Source: an uncultured delta proteobacterium (GTDB taxonomy: Bacteria > Desulfobacterota > Binatia > Binatales > Binataceae). From it: 64,000 nt of DNA. Shown piece after piece: positions 18,694 through 28,746 of the stretch; position 1 is the stretch's first letter; each line of letters starts with the position of its first letter. The notes under the pieces were generated by a model. The model was not told the DNA's origin. It worked only from the letters and a program-made list of their open reading frames with translations, and did not search any database. The stretch lies in the NCBI GenBank assembly GCA_963724765.1, contig CAVRVY010000001.1:512001-576000 (forward strand), given 5' to 3'. The translations under genes were made by a program, and so were the position numbers.

Positions 18694-21090
18694 TCACCCG
18701 TCCTGAGAAGTATCAGACGAACTGGATGGCCGGCGCAAATCTCTGAGCGCGCTCCCGAAGCCATGGGCGAAGCGGTGGTAGTTGCCCCTTAACAGTTCCC
18801 GGACGACGGGCGGCAGTCGCTTCAGGCGCCGCTGGGGTAGATTGGCGCGGACGGCATTGTAGTCCGTCCATTCCTTGAGGAGCGAGGCGATCCTGCGATT
18901 TCCGCCCATCATGAGACGCTGCCGCACTATCCCCAGGAGATCTGCTTCGCTCAGGAGCGTAGCATCAGGGCCATTGGAAATGGCGACCGGTGCGCGGTGA
19001 CTCTGCCGGCTCAGGGTCAGTGACAGCTTGACCAGATCCCGGAATGCTGGCGGCATCGCCTGCAAATACGGTCGCAGCCGGTGAGTCCTGTTGCCGTTGC
19101 CGTTGTTGGCGGCACCGTTTAGAACCGCGGGATTGTCGACCCGATACCAACCCAGCGCTCTGGGCACTACCTCCAGGCGCAAGCCCGAAAGAACTGCCTT
19201 GGCGAGGAATTCCCAGTCTTCGCACGGTCTCCAGTCAGCCGTGGCGAATCCGCCGACTCGGAGCAGGGCCTCCTTGCGCAGAAAGATACCGCCTTGGCCG
19301 TAGTAATTGTGAAAGACTCCAGGAATCAGCGCGGCGCCGAGAAACAGACGGCAACCGAGGCTGATCCCCTCATCAGGTGGGCCGTCGCCGGTGCAGAGAT
19401 CGAGAAGAGAGGTTAGTACATCCGCGTCCGTACGCTCGGCGACCTCGACCAAGGTGCGGATTTGCTCGGGCTTGGCGACCGTATGGCCGTCCATGAAGAG
19501 CAGGTAGTCGCCGTTGGCGTGCGCGGCCACGACGTCGCGCATGTCGCTGAGGCAGCCCGTGCGCCGGGTGATCATGCGCAGTCCCTTTTTGCCGGCCGCG
19601 GCATCGATGCGCTCAAGCTCGGAGTCGCTATCGCTGTCACCATCGGGAACGGCCACAATGATCTCAAGGTTGCGCCAGGACTGCGCCTGCAACGCGGCAA
19701 GCGACTGGCGCAACAACTCGGGACGTGACGGCTGCGTCAGACATACGCTGACCAGAGGCTCCGCCGTACGCATGTCCATGGCCTGGGCTTCGGAGCTGGG
19801 TCCGGGCTCGGGCCGAGTGTGCCACGCCACCCATTGGCGGCGATTCTCCTCGGGATCGACGGCTGGCTCAGCGAGCGCGACGCCATCGCGCAACGCCGCG
19901 CACAGCCGCTCAGCGAGCGCGAAGGGACTGATGGGGAAGGTCACCCGATCCACATCATGAACCGCAATCGCTTCAGGGATTCCGCCGGAGCGGCTGGCCA
20001 CAAATGGAATCCGCGCGCAAAGGCATTCCAGTATGGCGTTGGGAAGGTTGTCTACCAGCGAGGGAATCACTGCAAGCCGTCCCCCCTGGCGCAGGAAAGC
20101 GAGCGCCCCTTGCTGGTCGCGGTCGGAGATTATTTGCCAGGCAAACGGCCAGCCACTGGCGCGCTCCTCGATATAGCCGGTAGCGTCGCGGCCGACGATA
20201 TTCGCGCTCTTGCCGAGGAAGCTTACCGTGAAACGCGGCGCGTTCATGCCGACCAGCAGATCGAGCGCGTCGCAAAACAGCGCGAGCCCCTTGCGCTCCT
20301 CCAGCCGTCCGAAAAAGGTCAGCCCTGTCACTCGCTGTGGGGCGCTGGTCTCGACGCGGTCCTTCCAGGCGGTCCATAACTCGGGCGACAGGACATACTG
20401 CTGCACGTACGTTGCGCGCGGGAGACGCCAACCGTTAGCCTGCAACCAGCCGAGCAGATACTGGCTCGGACTCACGACCGCATCGGCGAGGGCGACCGAC
20501 TCGCGTTCCATGAAGTCGATCACCGGCTCGTCGACGGTCAGTGGTAGCTCGCTATTGATCTCCCGAATCCACGAAATCGGGCTGTGCACACCAACGCAGA
20601 GCACGGTATTACGAAAGTCCAGTCCCTGATGCTTGGCCAGCACGCTATAGTAGGCGTGTCCCAGAAGCTCGGGAAAATGAATAACGTCGAAGTCACGGGC
20701 GTTCAGCCAGCGATAGGCGTCGAACGAGATGCCGATGCTTTGCGGAACTTCTGCCGGATGAGTGGACGTGGGTAGCGGACAGAACTGGATGCCGCGGCGG
20801 CGGTAATAGTCCTGCCATTCGGAAATGGTGCCGTTTTCGCACCAGTTCCTGAACAGATAGAGCAAGGTTACCTGATGCCCCGCCTCGGCCAGCGCGCCGG
20901 CTAGCGCCGAATAACCAGTTCCGATACCGCCGTTGCGCGAGGGGCCGAGAAGTTCGTAACTTGCAATACACACGCGCGCCGGATTCGGCGAACACGCGTC
21001 TCGATCGCTGATCACGGGTAATTGGGGGAAAACAGCCATAAATTCAGACTGCTTTGTGAATTCTGTCCGCGTACCCCGCCGAGAATTCAT
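18694..21090 (-). CDS. Two-domain glycosyltransferase (GT4 + GT2)
   Basis: GGIGT, FFGRLEERKG, DNLPNAILE (GT4); PLVSVC, YLLFMD, EDWEF (GT2); start placed just past the methyltransferase stop. Confidence 0.88.
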   Translation of the reverse strand: MNSRRGTRTEFTKQSEFMAVFPQLPVISDRDACSPNPARVCIASYELLGPSRNGGIGTGYSALAGALAEAGHQVTLLYLFRNWCENGTISEWQDYYRRRGIQFCPLPTSTHPAEVPQSIGISFDAYRWLNARDFDVIHFPELLGHAYYSVLAKHQGLDFRNTVLCVGVHSPISWIREINSELPLTVDEPVIDFMERESVALADAVVSPSQYLLGWLQANGWRLPRATYVQQYVLSPELWTAWKDRVETSAPQRVTGLTFFGRLEERKGLALFCDALDLLVGMNAPRFTVSFLGKSANIVGRDATGYIEERASGWPFAWQIISDRDQQGALAFLRQGGRLAVIPSLVDNLPNAILECLCARIPFVASRSGGIPEAIAVHDVDRVTFPISPFALAERLCAALRDGVALAEPAVDPEENRRQWVAWHTRPEPGPSSEAQAMDMRTAEPLVSVCLTQPSRPELLRQSLAALQAQSWRNLEIIVAVPDGDSDSDSELERIDAAAGKKGLRMITRRTGCLSDMRDVVAAHANGDYLLFMDGHTVAKPEQIRTLVEVAERTDADVLTSLLDLCTGDGPPDEGISLGCRLFLGAALIPGVFHNYYGQGGIFLRKEALLRVGGFATADWRPCEDWEFLAKAVLSGLRLEVVPRALGWYRVDNPAVLNGAANNGNGNRTHRLRPYLQAMPPAFRDLVKLSLTLSRQSHRAPVAISNGPDATLLSEADLLGIVRQRLMMGGNRRIASLLKEWTDYNAVRANLPQRRLKRLPPVVRELLRGNYHRFAHGFGSALRDLRRPSSSSDTSQDG

Positions 21091-21092
21091 AA

Positions 21093-21878
21093 TCAAGGAA
21101 GCTTGCGGTATGCGGCCTGGAAGGTATTGGCCGTTCCGATCAGCGAGGAGTCGGTGCGGCAGCAGTACCGTGTGAAGCACCACAGCAGCGGATACAGGAT
21201 GGCCTTGCGAACGCGGCTCTTTTTCTCCTCGAGATAGTCCCAGATGATCCAACCAAGAGTCTGCGCAATCGTATGCGTTGGATGGATCGCGATCACTTCC
21301 AGCCCGCTCTCCGTACCGAGCCTCCGCATCCCCTCCCCGGTACAGCGGCGAAAATCTCCAGGGCACGAATGAAAGGGTTGCAAGAACGGTATCGCCACCA
21401 CCAGGTGACCGCCGGGGCGCAGCACCCTGATCATCTCACGAATCACCGGTTCAGGAGCCTCGACGTGCTCGAGCACAGCATTACATAGAATCGAGTCGAA
21501 CTCCGCGGCCGCGAACGGCATTTTCTCAAGCGGACCGATCAGGGCATCCGGGATTTCCGATGCGATGTCGTAGTTGACGACCTCCGTCGCGCCGAAGCCT
21601 CGCAGCGTCTCGGTGATATCGCGATTGCCGCATCCGGCGTTTAACGTCCGCCCGCCAAAATACGTCCGCAAAGGCTCGAGCTCCCACTCCAGCGGCTGGA
21701 AGTGAACCGGCCCGATCCGGAAGAAACGGGGAGCCGCGATGCCAGCGCGCCGGGCGTCGAACGCGCGCGGGGCAGGCCGCACCACCATATCACCGACGCC
21801 GTTCGCGGAATCGCTGCGGGCTCGAAGAACGCTCGACGATTGTCGCGGATGCGGCTCCGCAAGACTCTTGGCTACCAT
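21093..21878 (-). CDS. Class I SAM-dependent methyltransferase (type 11); start uncertain
   Basis: LNAGCG, FDSILCNAVLEHV, RVLRPGG, PFLQPFH..PGDFRR. Confidence 0.85.
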   Translation of the reverse strand: MVAKSLAEPHPRQSSSVLRARSDSANGVGDMVVRPAPRAFDARRAGIAAPRFFRIGPVHFQPLEWELEPLRTYFGGRTLNAGCGNRDITETLRGFGATEVVNYDIASEIPDALIGPLEKMPFAAAEFDSILCNAVLEHVEAPEPVIREMIRVLRPGGHLVVAIPFLQPFHSCPGDFRRCTGEGMRRLGTESGLEVIAIHPTHTIAQTLGWIIWDYLEEKKSRVRKAILYPLLWCFTRYCCRTDSSLIGTANTFQAAYRKLP

Positions 21879-22393
21879 TTTTATCCCATCAGGCGGCGGC
21901 GATCGGGCGAGGCGCCGCTTTATACCGGCGGGCCATCCGAGCAAGCTCGGCCGGCAATGCGAAATCGCCTCTATGAACAGAGATCATAAGCACCGTACCG
22001 CCTCGCGCTTAACCTCGTACCTTTGTGGGCAGGGCTGCCCAAACCCATTCTGATTAGGAGCTCGCAGAAAACCAGATCAAAACAAGCATCTGGACCAACT
22101 CGATGTCAGTAGAAGCCGTATCACATCGGCGCAAGGTGATTCAAACGTTGAGCCCCCAAGAATTAAAATAGGTGGCGTTAGAATTAATTGAAGCGCAATG
22201 CAGGTCTAACCAGGGCGGCGCCCCTCGCCGATGCCAAGGCCGTAGGCGATCGAGCGCGGAGAGCCGGGTGCGGCCGGGGCGCTCGCGGCGGGTGAGCTTC
22301 CTTAAAACTTTGAAAGCGTAGAAAAATCGCTAGAGTTGTGGGTCGCCGCCGTATGGTCGCCGGCATGCTCATGCTTATTTGCGCGAACCTGCA

Positions 22394-23983
22394 TCACTGT
22401 GCTTCGGAGCAACCTGTTGGCGAAGGCGTCACTTTCTGAAATCCGACCTGCCCGCACTGCCCTGCAAACAGATAGTTGTAGCAGGTCAAGGGATCGCGGC
22501 CGGTGTTGACGAAAATCTGCCCGGTCTTGGTGGTATCGATCCATTGCGAAAAGGTGGGCCCCGGGCCGGCTGGCGAGGTTGTCTGCTGCACCGTGGTGTA
22601 GGTATAGGAGGCGGCAGAGCTGCCGGTACTGCCCATCAGGACATTCATGGTCAGGTTGGCCGGCACCTTGTGGTTGGAGTCGAAAGTCCCGGCCGGCCGT
22701 TGCTTGAAGGGCAGATCGATGAACATCTCGTTGATTCCAACATCCAGCAGGCCGGTGCCGCAGAATTGATTGGGCGTCGGGAGTTGGGGAAAGCCGTAAC
22801 AGGCCCGTTGGGCGTTCCAATCGCCGGGGACACTGGTGTTAGCCGTCAGGTTGATCCGGTTGTAGTTGGTGGTCGAGTTTATACCCAGGGTCACGCCATC
22901 TGCGGCCAATATGTAGCCGGGCCCGATGTCCGTGCCGTTACTGGTATCGGTTACATGCAAAAACGCGTTTGCGGTCGGACTGTCGAAAAGGTCGCCCGTC
23001 GTAATCTTACGGTTGAAGCCAACTCCCATGTAATGAATGCTGAATTGGGAGGTGCAGTTGGTCGGAGTCAACTTGGTGCAATTATCAACCTTACAAAACT
23101 TGTCAACACCTAGCACTATAATCGGATTGGTCTGAACGGTAGTGGTGCTGCTCCCGCTGGTAACCTGAATATCCACCGGGGCAAGATAATAGTTGCCGAA
23201 GTAAGCGTTGTTGCTGCTGTCGTAACATTTCACGCCCTGGCCTGCGGGACCGATTACTAAGGTGTTAGCGCCTCCATCGCTCTCTGGCAAATCGCTGGTG
23301 TTCACGATCGTTCCCAACGAACCGGTGTCGATGGTGTAAGTCTGGAGATGGCCTTTGACGCTGGTCGGATTGGTGTAGCCGACGGCACCTTCTATCTGAA
23401 GCTCATTAGGCACTGTACTGGTGAGGGGAACCGAATAATTTATCCTGCCAAGTGTGCAGGGCGGTGTGGTTTGCATCAAAACCTGGGTTACGCCGATCGC
23501 AGCGCCTCCTGTAACCGGATCTGCTATCCAGGCGTTGATTGAAATATTATTCGGGAAGAATGCACCGTTATAGGTGAAAGTGGCCGCCGAACCGCTGGTT
23601 ATAGGGTTGCTGGTGGGCACAATGACCCCGCTCGGAGCCCCATAGACGTCCACCTGGATAGGGTTGCTGGCGCTGGGGGTGATTGGATTCCCGTTGATGT
23701 CAAACGCGCTCATGTTGATCGTAAACTGTGAGGACACGGGGTCGCTACCCGAAGCAACATCCGCGGTAACGGGATTATTCACATAGGTGACTGCGGGCGA
23801 AAAGATCACCGCGTCGGGGGCTGGAATAACCGTAGCTGTCGGAGTCGGAGTCTGAGTCTGAGTCGGAGTGGCCGTCGCGGTCGGCGTGGGGTTGTCTCCG
23901 CAGCCAGCCGCTGAAAAGGCGATCAAAATCACGCATACCGACAGCAATGACGGAAGTGCCAACCGACAATCCGATCTGCTCAT
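22394..23983 (-). CDS. Secreted lipoprotein with PT-rich linker and a putative aspartic-protease-like domain
   Basis: Lipobox AAGC, (PT/QT)n linker, IDTGSLG and LLDVGIN motifs; AAGGAG RBS. Confidence 0.65.
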   Translation of the reverse strand: MSRSDCRLALPSLLSVCVILIAFSAAGCGDNPTPTATATPTQTQTPTPTATVIPAPDAVIFSPAVTYVNNPVTADVASGSDPVSSQFTINMSAFDINGNPITPSASNPIQVDVYGAPSGVIVPTSNPITSGSAATFTYNGAFFPNNISINAWIADPVTGGAAIGVTQVLMQTTPPCTLGRINYSVPLTSTVPNELQIEGAVGYTNPTSVKGHLQTYTIDTGSLGTIVNTSDLPESDGGANTLVIGPAGQGVKCYDSSNNAYFGNYYLAPVDIQVTSGSSTTTVQTNPIIVLGVDKFCKVDNCTKLTPTNCTSQFSIHYMGVGFNRKITTGDLFDSPTANAFLHVTDTSNGTDIGPGYILAADGVTLGINSTTNYNRINLTANTSVPGDWNAQRACYGFPQLPTPNQFCGTGLLDVGINEMFIDLPFKQRPAGTFDSNHKVPANLTMNVLMGSTGSSAASYTYTTVQQTTSPAGPGPTFSQWIDTTKTGQIFVNTGRDPLTCYNYLFAGQCGQVGFQKVTPSPTGCSEAQ

Positions 23984-24039
23984 TTAGCCACAGCTCCTTT
24001 AATGAAGAATCGACATGAATGCCCCGCGCTTGCGCCCCT

Positions 24040-24074
24040 GGCCTGTCAGGAGCGCTCGGGCGCCTCGAATTGGG
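24040..24074 (-). repeat. 35-bp dispersed repeat, copy 1 (inverted relative to 28666-28700)
   Basis: Reverse complement CCCAATTCGAGGCGCCCGAGCGCTCCTGACAGGCC, 34/35 identical to copy 2. Confidence 0.9.
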
Positions 24075-24466
24075 CGGCGGGAGGCGTTTTATGGATAATG
24101 AAATCTGGGTCGAGCTTATGCCGGGTTTCATCCTCGCCTTATCGAAGAGATTGAGCAGGATATCCCGGTTACGGTCGTTTGCTCCATCGGCTTGCCGCGT
24201 AGCTCGGGCCGTAGCTGCTGCTCAACGCTCGCAAAATAGCTGTTGAAACGACGTACAGCCAGCGCAGAGACAGCGCGGACGGCGTAATTATTGAGGGGCA
24301 CACGTCATTATCCGGAAAGCTTGCAGTCGAGTTGATCGGGTGAGCGTGATGCTCGCGCCACAGAAAGCTTCAATACTGATCGTGTCGGCGCAGCCACGCC
24401 ATCGAGAAGTCGAATCCGACCTCGTCGCGGCGTTTGGGGGAAGGTCGAGGAAATGGTAGGCGCGGT

Positions 24467-25213
24467 TCAGCGCCTGCCGGTTCCCAGGTCGTCCGAATAC
24501 CCGGCCTTCAGGCGAGACCACTGGGCGGTGGGACGTCCATCGGTACGGGTATTTTGCTTGCCTTTAAACCGTTGTGGCCAGCGGGTCGGCGAGTCCTCCC
24601 ACGTCTCCTGCCGCCCGTAGACGGTCAAGTCGAGCAACCGATAGCTGTTATCCATCGCCTCGACGCCGCGCCTCGTCGTCCAGTAAGTCTCGAAGACCTT
24701 GGATCCTTGTCGCAGGTAACAAACGATGTGCATCATGCCCACCCGGCGTCCAACCAAGAGGGTGTCGAGCGACTCCTGGGCCGAGTACCAAGGCATCTCC
24801 CAGCCCATGAAGTCGCGGTACCGGGCGCTCTCTTCGTACGGGCCTTGGCAAAACGTGGCGTAGGTGACGTCGCGAGAATGAATATAGGACAGCTCGCGGA
24901 TCTGCGATGTAACCCAGGTGCACCCCTCGCACTGCTCCGGCGCAGGGTGGCCGGTGTGCCACATGAAGTAGTAGGCGATGAGCATCCGGCGTCCCTCAAA
25001 CGCGTCCAATAGTGTCACCGCGCCACGTTCGCCAATGAGCGGTGTGGCGCCATCCACCTCGACCATGGGGAGCCGTCGGCGGCCGGCCGCAATGGCATCG
25101 CCTTCTCTTGTGTGAGCCTTTTCTCGAACCCGCAATGCGTCCAGCTCCGCCTGGAAGGTGCTCCGATCGACTACCTTAGGGGCTCTAGGTTCATCTCTCA
25201 TAAAGTCTTTCAT
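24467..25213 (-). CDS. DUF899 family protein (thioredoxin-like)
   Basis: REKAHTREGDAIAAGRRRLPMV, FMWH..QCEGCT, LLDLTVYGRQETWEDSP. Confidence 0.9.
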   Translation of the reverse strand: MKDFMRDEPRAPKVVDRSTFQAELDALRVREKAHTREGDAIAAGRRRLPMVEVDGATPLIGERGAVTLLDAFEGRRMLIAYYFMWHTGHPAPEQCEGCTWVTSQIRELSYIHSRDVTYATFCQGPYEESARYRDFMGWEMPWYSAQESLDTLLVGRRVGMMHIVCYLRQGSKVFETYWTTRRGVEAMDNSYRLLDLTVYGRQETWEDSPTRWPQRFKGKQNTRTDGRPTAQWSRLKAGYSDDLGTGRR

Positions 25214-25323
25214 CGTTCTCTCCGTTAGCCTTCTCGCTCGTGTCGTTAATGAACCCGGAATTCCGTTTTGACTCTCCGATTTAAACTTCCGTATAGGCCG
25301 GACGACCTCTCTCCGCAAGGGTT

Positions 25324-25560
25324 TCAGCCGGTTTTGATCGAGGGTGTTCCCAGCGGGGACGAGATGGTTTTTTCGAGATACAGCGACTCGGAGTTCTGTG
25401 CGCGATCGACGCCGCCCGAAACGGTGAGATAATTTTCCGGCGTCGCGTCATTCCCGATGAAGTCACTGACGTACGATCGCGGGGTAGGGTCGGCGCGCGC
25501 CGCCCTGGCGCACATTAATGTCGATGCTATCCCGAATAGTATGAACAACGCCGCCTTTGA
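25324..25560 (-). pseudogene. Fragment of a secreted protein gene; its 5' end abuts the IS remnant
   Basis: KAALFILFGIASTLMCARAARA-DPTP looks like a signal peptide with AxA cleavage site; the ORF ends soon after. Confidence 0.35.
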
Positions 25561-25561
25561 A

Positions 25562-25921
25562 ACTGCGAATCGATCGCTGGCTGTTGGTACGGCTGTGTCG
25601 ACTGTACCCGTCGCTTCTGGACGCGATCACGATCCGCTGGCACCGACGCGGTTTTCGCGCCTACTGGCGCTGGAAGCCCCGCCACGTCGGCGGCCGTCCA
25701 CGGATTGATTCCTAGATGCGATGCGAGCGCTGATCCGGCGGATGAGCCGCGAGAAGCCGCTCTGTGGCGCATCGCGGATCCGCGGCGAATTGTTGATGCT
25801 TGAATCGAGTCGCTGAATCAACCGTCGGCAGGTATATGGTCCGGCGCCGCCGACCACCGTCCCACGGTTGGAAGACTTTTCTGCGTAATCATGGCGCTGG
25901 CATCGCTTCGCTGGACTCTGT
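25562..25921 (+). pseudogene. Degenerate internal fragment of the IS481-like transposase found at 59247-60281
   Basis: Aligns by eye with about 59400-59780 (e.g. GTCGGCAGGTATATGGTCCGGCGCCGCCGACCACCGTCCCA), with indels and stops. Confidence 0.9.
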
Positions 25922-26076
25922 CCGGTGCTTGCAAGTTCGACCTAGACTAACTTATCAACTGGTACCAAACATCGGGCAGCCCATCGGCACCGCGAGCTTC
26001 GCGCTGTCGGGGTCTGGTATCGGAACCAAGGGAGCGGAGTCAGATTTTGAATCATAGTTACGCTGATGACACTGGA

Positions 26077-28566
26077 ATGAAGACAGCGCTCAAGAATAAA
26101 TCGGCTCAAAGTATAGTCGTTGTTCTCGTCGCTATCGCCGAATTGCTGTTCAGCGTTGGCGCGCAATCGCAAGAGCCGGTTGCCGTCGCCGGGAACCATC
26201 CTTTGGCGAGCATCCAAACCTGGCAGCCGGCTGCGGCCGGACTCCAACTCCATCTGATGGCGGTGCTGGGGTTGCGCGACACCGACCAGCTCGAGCAACT
26301 GAAGGACCAACTCCAGCAACCGGGCTCCCCTGCATACCATCAATGGCTGAGTAGCGCTGACTTCGCGCGTCGGTTTGGCCCAACCGGCGCTCAACTGCAC
26401 GCCGTGACCGATTGGCTCAGAGGCAGCGGCTTCACGATTGACTCCGCCGACCTCGGCACGCGGGAAGTACGATTCAGCGGGTCAGTGGAGCAAGTGCAGC
26501 AGGCGCTGGGCACCGCGATCGTGAGCAACGGTTCGCAGTTTGCCAACCTTACCGATCCACAGATTCCGGCCGGCCTGGCCGGCTCGATCGTGGCGATTTT
26601 CGGCCTGAACAATCTAGGTCCCAGTCCGGCGGCGACGCCCACGCCGGCCGCGGCGCTCGGAGCGATGTCGCCGCTCGCAATAGTTCCCGGCAACAAGCAC
26701 TTTTCGCCGCAGGATTTCTGGCTCTTCTACAACGAGGCTCCCCCTACCAACCCGGGCGCCAACGGCGGCACCACGGCGCCCGATTGTATCGCGCTGCTGG
26801 AGATCGCCACCTTGCCGGCCGTTCCGTCACCGTCCGCTTCGCCAACACCCTCGGTGCTCAATATCTTCACCAGCCAGTTCAATATTCCCACCACCCAAAT
26901 CGAGATCGTTCCGACTGATCCAAACACCCCGCCGAGCCAGCCCGGGGATAATGAGCCGCCGCTCGATGTAGAGTGGGCTCATTCGGTAGCGCCCAATACA
27001 CCGGTCCGCCTATACGTCGCTACTATTCCGAATTCCAGCACTCCAGCCTTCGATACGCTATCGCTGGCAGTCAGCCAGAACGTCTGTGGCGTGATCAGTT
27101 CGAGCATCGACGATCAGCATCCCTGCCCCGATTTGGCGCAGATTCACGCCTATGCCCAGGCTGATACGCAAGCCGTGATACAGGGTCAGACGTTATTTCA
27201 CTCCTCCGGCGACTACGGCTCCTTCTATCCCTGCGGACAACCGGCGAGCACACCGGGGCAGACCGGAGTCCAGCCCAGTATCGAGGAAAGTTCGGCCAGC
27301 TCCGACGTGACCGTGGTCGGCGGCACCCAGTTCAATCCGGTTTACGATGCTAACGGCAACACCTCGGTCCTGGCGCCAGGATTCGAACAGGTGTGGCAGA
27401 ACTTCACTTCACTACCGACGCCGACCCCTTCGGCGCCTGCGAAAGGCACCAGCGGCGGGGGGATCAGTGTGGTTTTCCCGGCTCCGTCTTGGCAGGCCAC
27501 CATCATCCCCTACGGGCTTACCGCACCGCTCACCATGCGTGGCGTGCCGGACGTTTCGGCCGCCGCCAGCTCCAGTCAGCCGGGCTATTGGATTGCCACC
27601 ACCAAGCCCTGCCCGGATAGCGTCACAACCTGCTTTATCGGCGACGGAGGAACCAGCGCCAGTTCGCCGATCTGGGCTGGAATTTCGCGCTTGCTCGCGC
27701 AAAGTTTTAACACCACGCGCCTAGGCAATATCAATCCGCAACTCTATCAACTGGCGGCCAGCCGAAGTCCGGCCCTGGTCGACGTGTCGCAATTCGGCAA
27801 TAACTGCACGTTCGATACCTGCAGTGCCTACCCGGGTTATCAGGTTGGCCCGGGCTACGATTTGGGCACCGGCCTGGGCAGTCCCAACATCCAAAACCTG
27901 ATCGCGGCATTCCAGCCGACTGCCGGGGCGCACGCCAGCGCCTCCAACAGCGTTTCCAACGGACGAATCGGCCAGACCGTGCCCGGAGGCACCTTGAGCG
28001 TGACCAACACCACCAACTCGACCGAGACGATCAATACAGTGACCGTGGCATTGAGCAACCCGGGCTTGTTCTCCAACCTGACCATGAGCGGCTCAGTGAA
28101 CGGCGCAGCAACACAAATCGCCTTCACCGGGACTCTGGGCAACAATACGGGTTTCACCTTCAATCCGCCGCTAAGCATGCCGGCTGGCGCCGTGGCGCAG
28201 TTCACGCTGAACGCCACACTCTCGCCTAACGCGGCGCGGGCCGACACTCCGGTGAACTATGCCAGTCTGCTGCCCGGAGGCAGATCGCGCAGCGCGCTGC
28301 CGATGGGCGCAGCCTTGGGACTGCTGGGAGTCGGCCTTCTGGCGGCGCCCGATGGTCGGCGCCGGCGCGTGATCGTAATCGCGGCGCTGATCACGTTGCT
28401 GGCCTCCAGCCAGATTGGCTGCGGCGGCAGCAGTTCGGGTATTGTCGTGCTGAATTCTTCGCAGCAGCAGGTGCCGGCGGGCGGCGTTGCCACAACCAAC
28501 GCGTACGGAGCGGTGGGCGTGCAAGGCTTGCCGGCCACCATGAGCACGATCCGATTAGTCAGCTAG
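26077..28566 (+). CDS. S53 (sedolisin/kumamolisin) peptidase with prodomain and C-terminal extension
   Basis: Prodomain (YHQWLSSADFARRFGP), catalytic E..D in NEPPLDVEW, SSGD, RGVPDVS, GGTSASSP, GYDLGTGLGSP. Confidence 0.92.
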   Translation: MKTALKNKSAQSIVVVLVAIAELLFSVGAQSQEPVAVAGNHPLASIQTWQPAAAGLQLHLMAVLGLRDTDQLEQLKDQLQQPGSPAYHQWLSSADFARRFGPTGAQLHAVTDWLRGSGFTIDSADLGTREVRFSGSVEQVQQALGTAIVSNGSQFANLTDPQIPAGLAGSIVAIFGLNNLGPSPAATPTPAAALGAMSPLAIVPGNKHFSPQDFWLFYNEAPPTNPGANGGTTAPDCIALLEIATLPAVPSPSASPTPSVLNIFTSQFNIPTTQIEIVPTDPNTPPSQPGDNEPPLDVEWAHSVAPNTPVRLYVATIPNSSTPAFDTLSLAVSQNVCGVISSSIDDQHPCPDLAQIHAYAQADTQAVIQGQTLFHSSGDYGSFYPCGQPASTPGQTGVQPSIEESSASSDVTVVGGTQFNPVYDANGNTSVLAPGFEQVWQNFTSLPTPTPSAPAKGTSGGGISVVFPAPSWQATIIPYGLTAPLTMRGVPDVSAAASSSQPGYWIATTKPCPDSVTTCFIGDGGTSASSPIWAGISRLLAQSFNTTRLGNINPQLYQLAASRSPALVDVSQFGNNCTFDTCSAYPGYQVGPGYDLGTGLGSPNIQNLIAAFQPTAGAHASASNSVSNGRIGQTVPGGTLSVTNTTNSTETINTVTVALSNPGLFSNLTMSGSVNGAATQIAFTGTLGNNTGFTFNPPLSMPAGAVAQFTLNATLSPNAARADTPVNYASLLPGGRSRSALPMGAALGLLGVGLLAAPDGRRRRVIVIAALITLLASSQIGCGGSSSGIVVLNSSQQQVPAGGVATTNAYGAVGVQGLPATMSTIRLVS

Positions 28567-28665
28567 TCCGCTGAACCGGAGTTATCTGTTCGCCGGTGAC
28601 GCGCAAAGAATCCATTTACCGGCCTTACGACGCGCCGCTGCCCCGCGAGCGACGCTGCGGCCCTA

Positions 28666-28700
28666 CCCAATTCGAGGCGCCCGAGCGCTCCTGATAGGCC
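28666..28700 (+). repeat. 35-bp dispersed repeat, copy 2
   Basis: CCCAATTCGAGGCGCCCGAGCGCTCCTGATAGGCC. Confidence 0.9.
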
Positions 28701-28746
28701 GAAACGCAAGCGGGCGCAAGCTGGCGCGCTCTCTACGGCGCGCTTT

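Noticed and set aside
21091-21366. N-terminal extension of the 890-aa glycosyltransferase ORF
   Set aside because: Overlaps the methyltransferase in another frame and has no GT similarity
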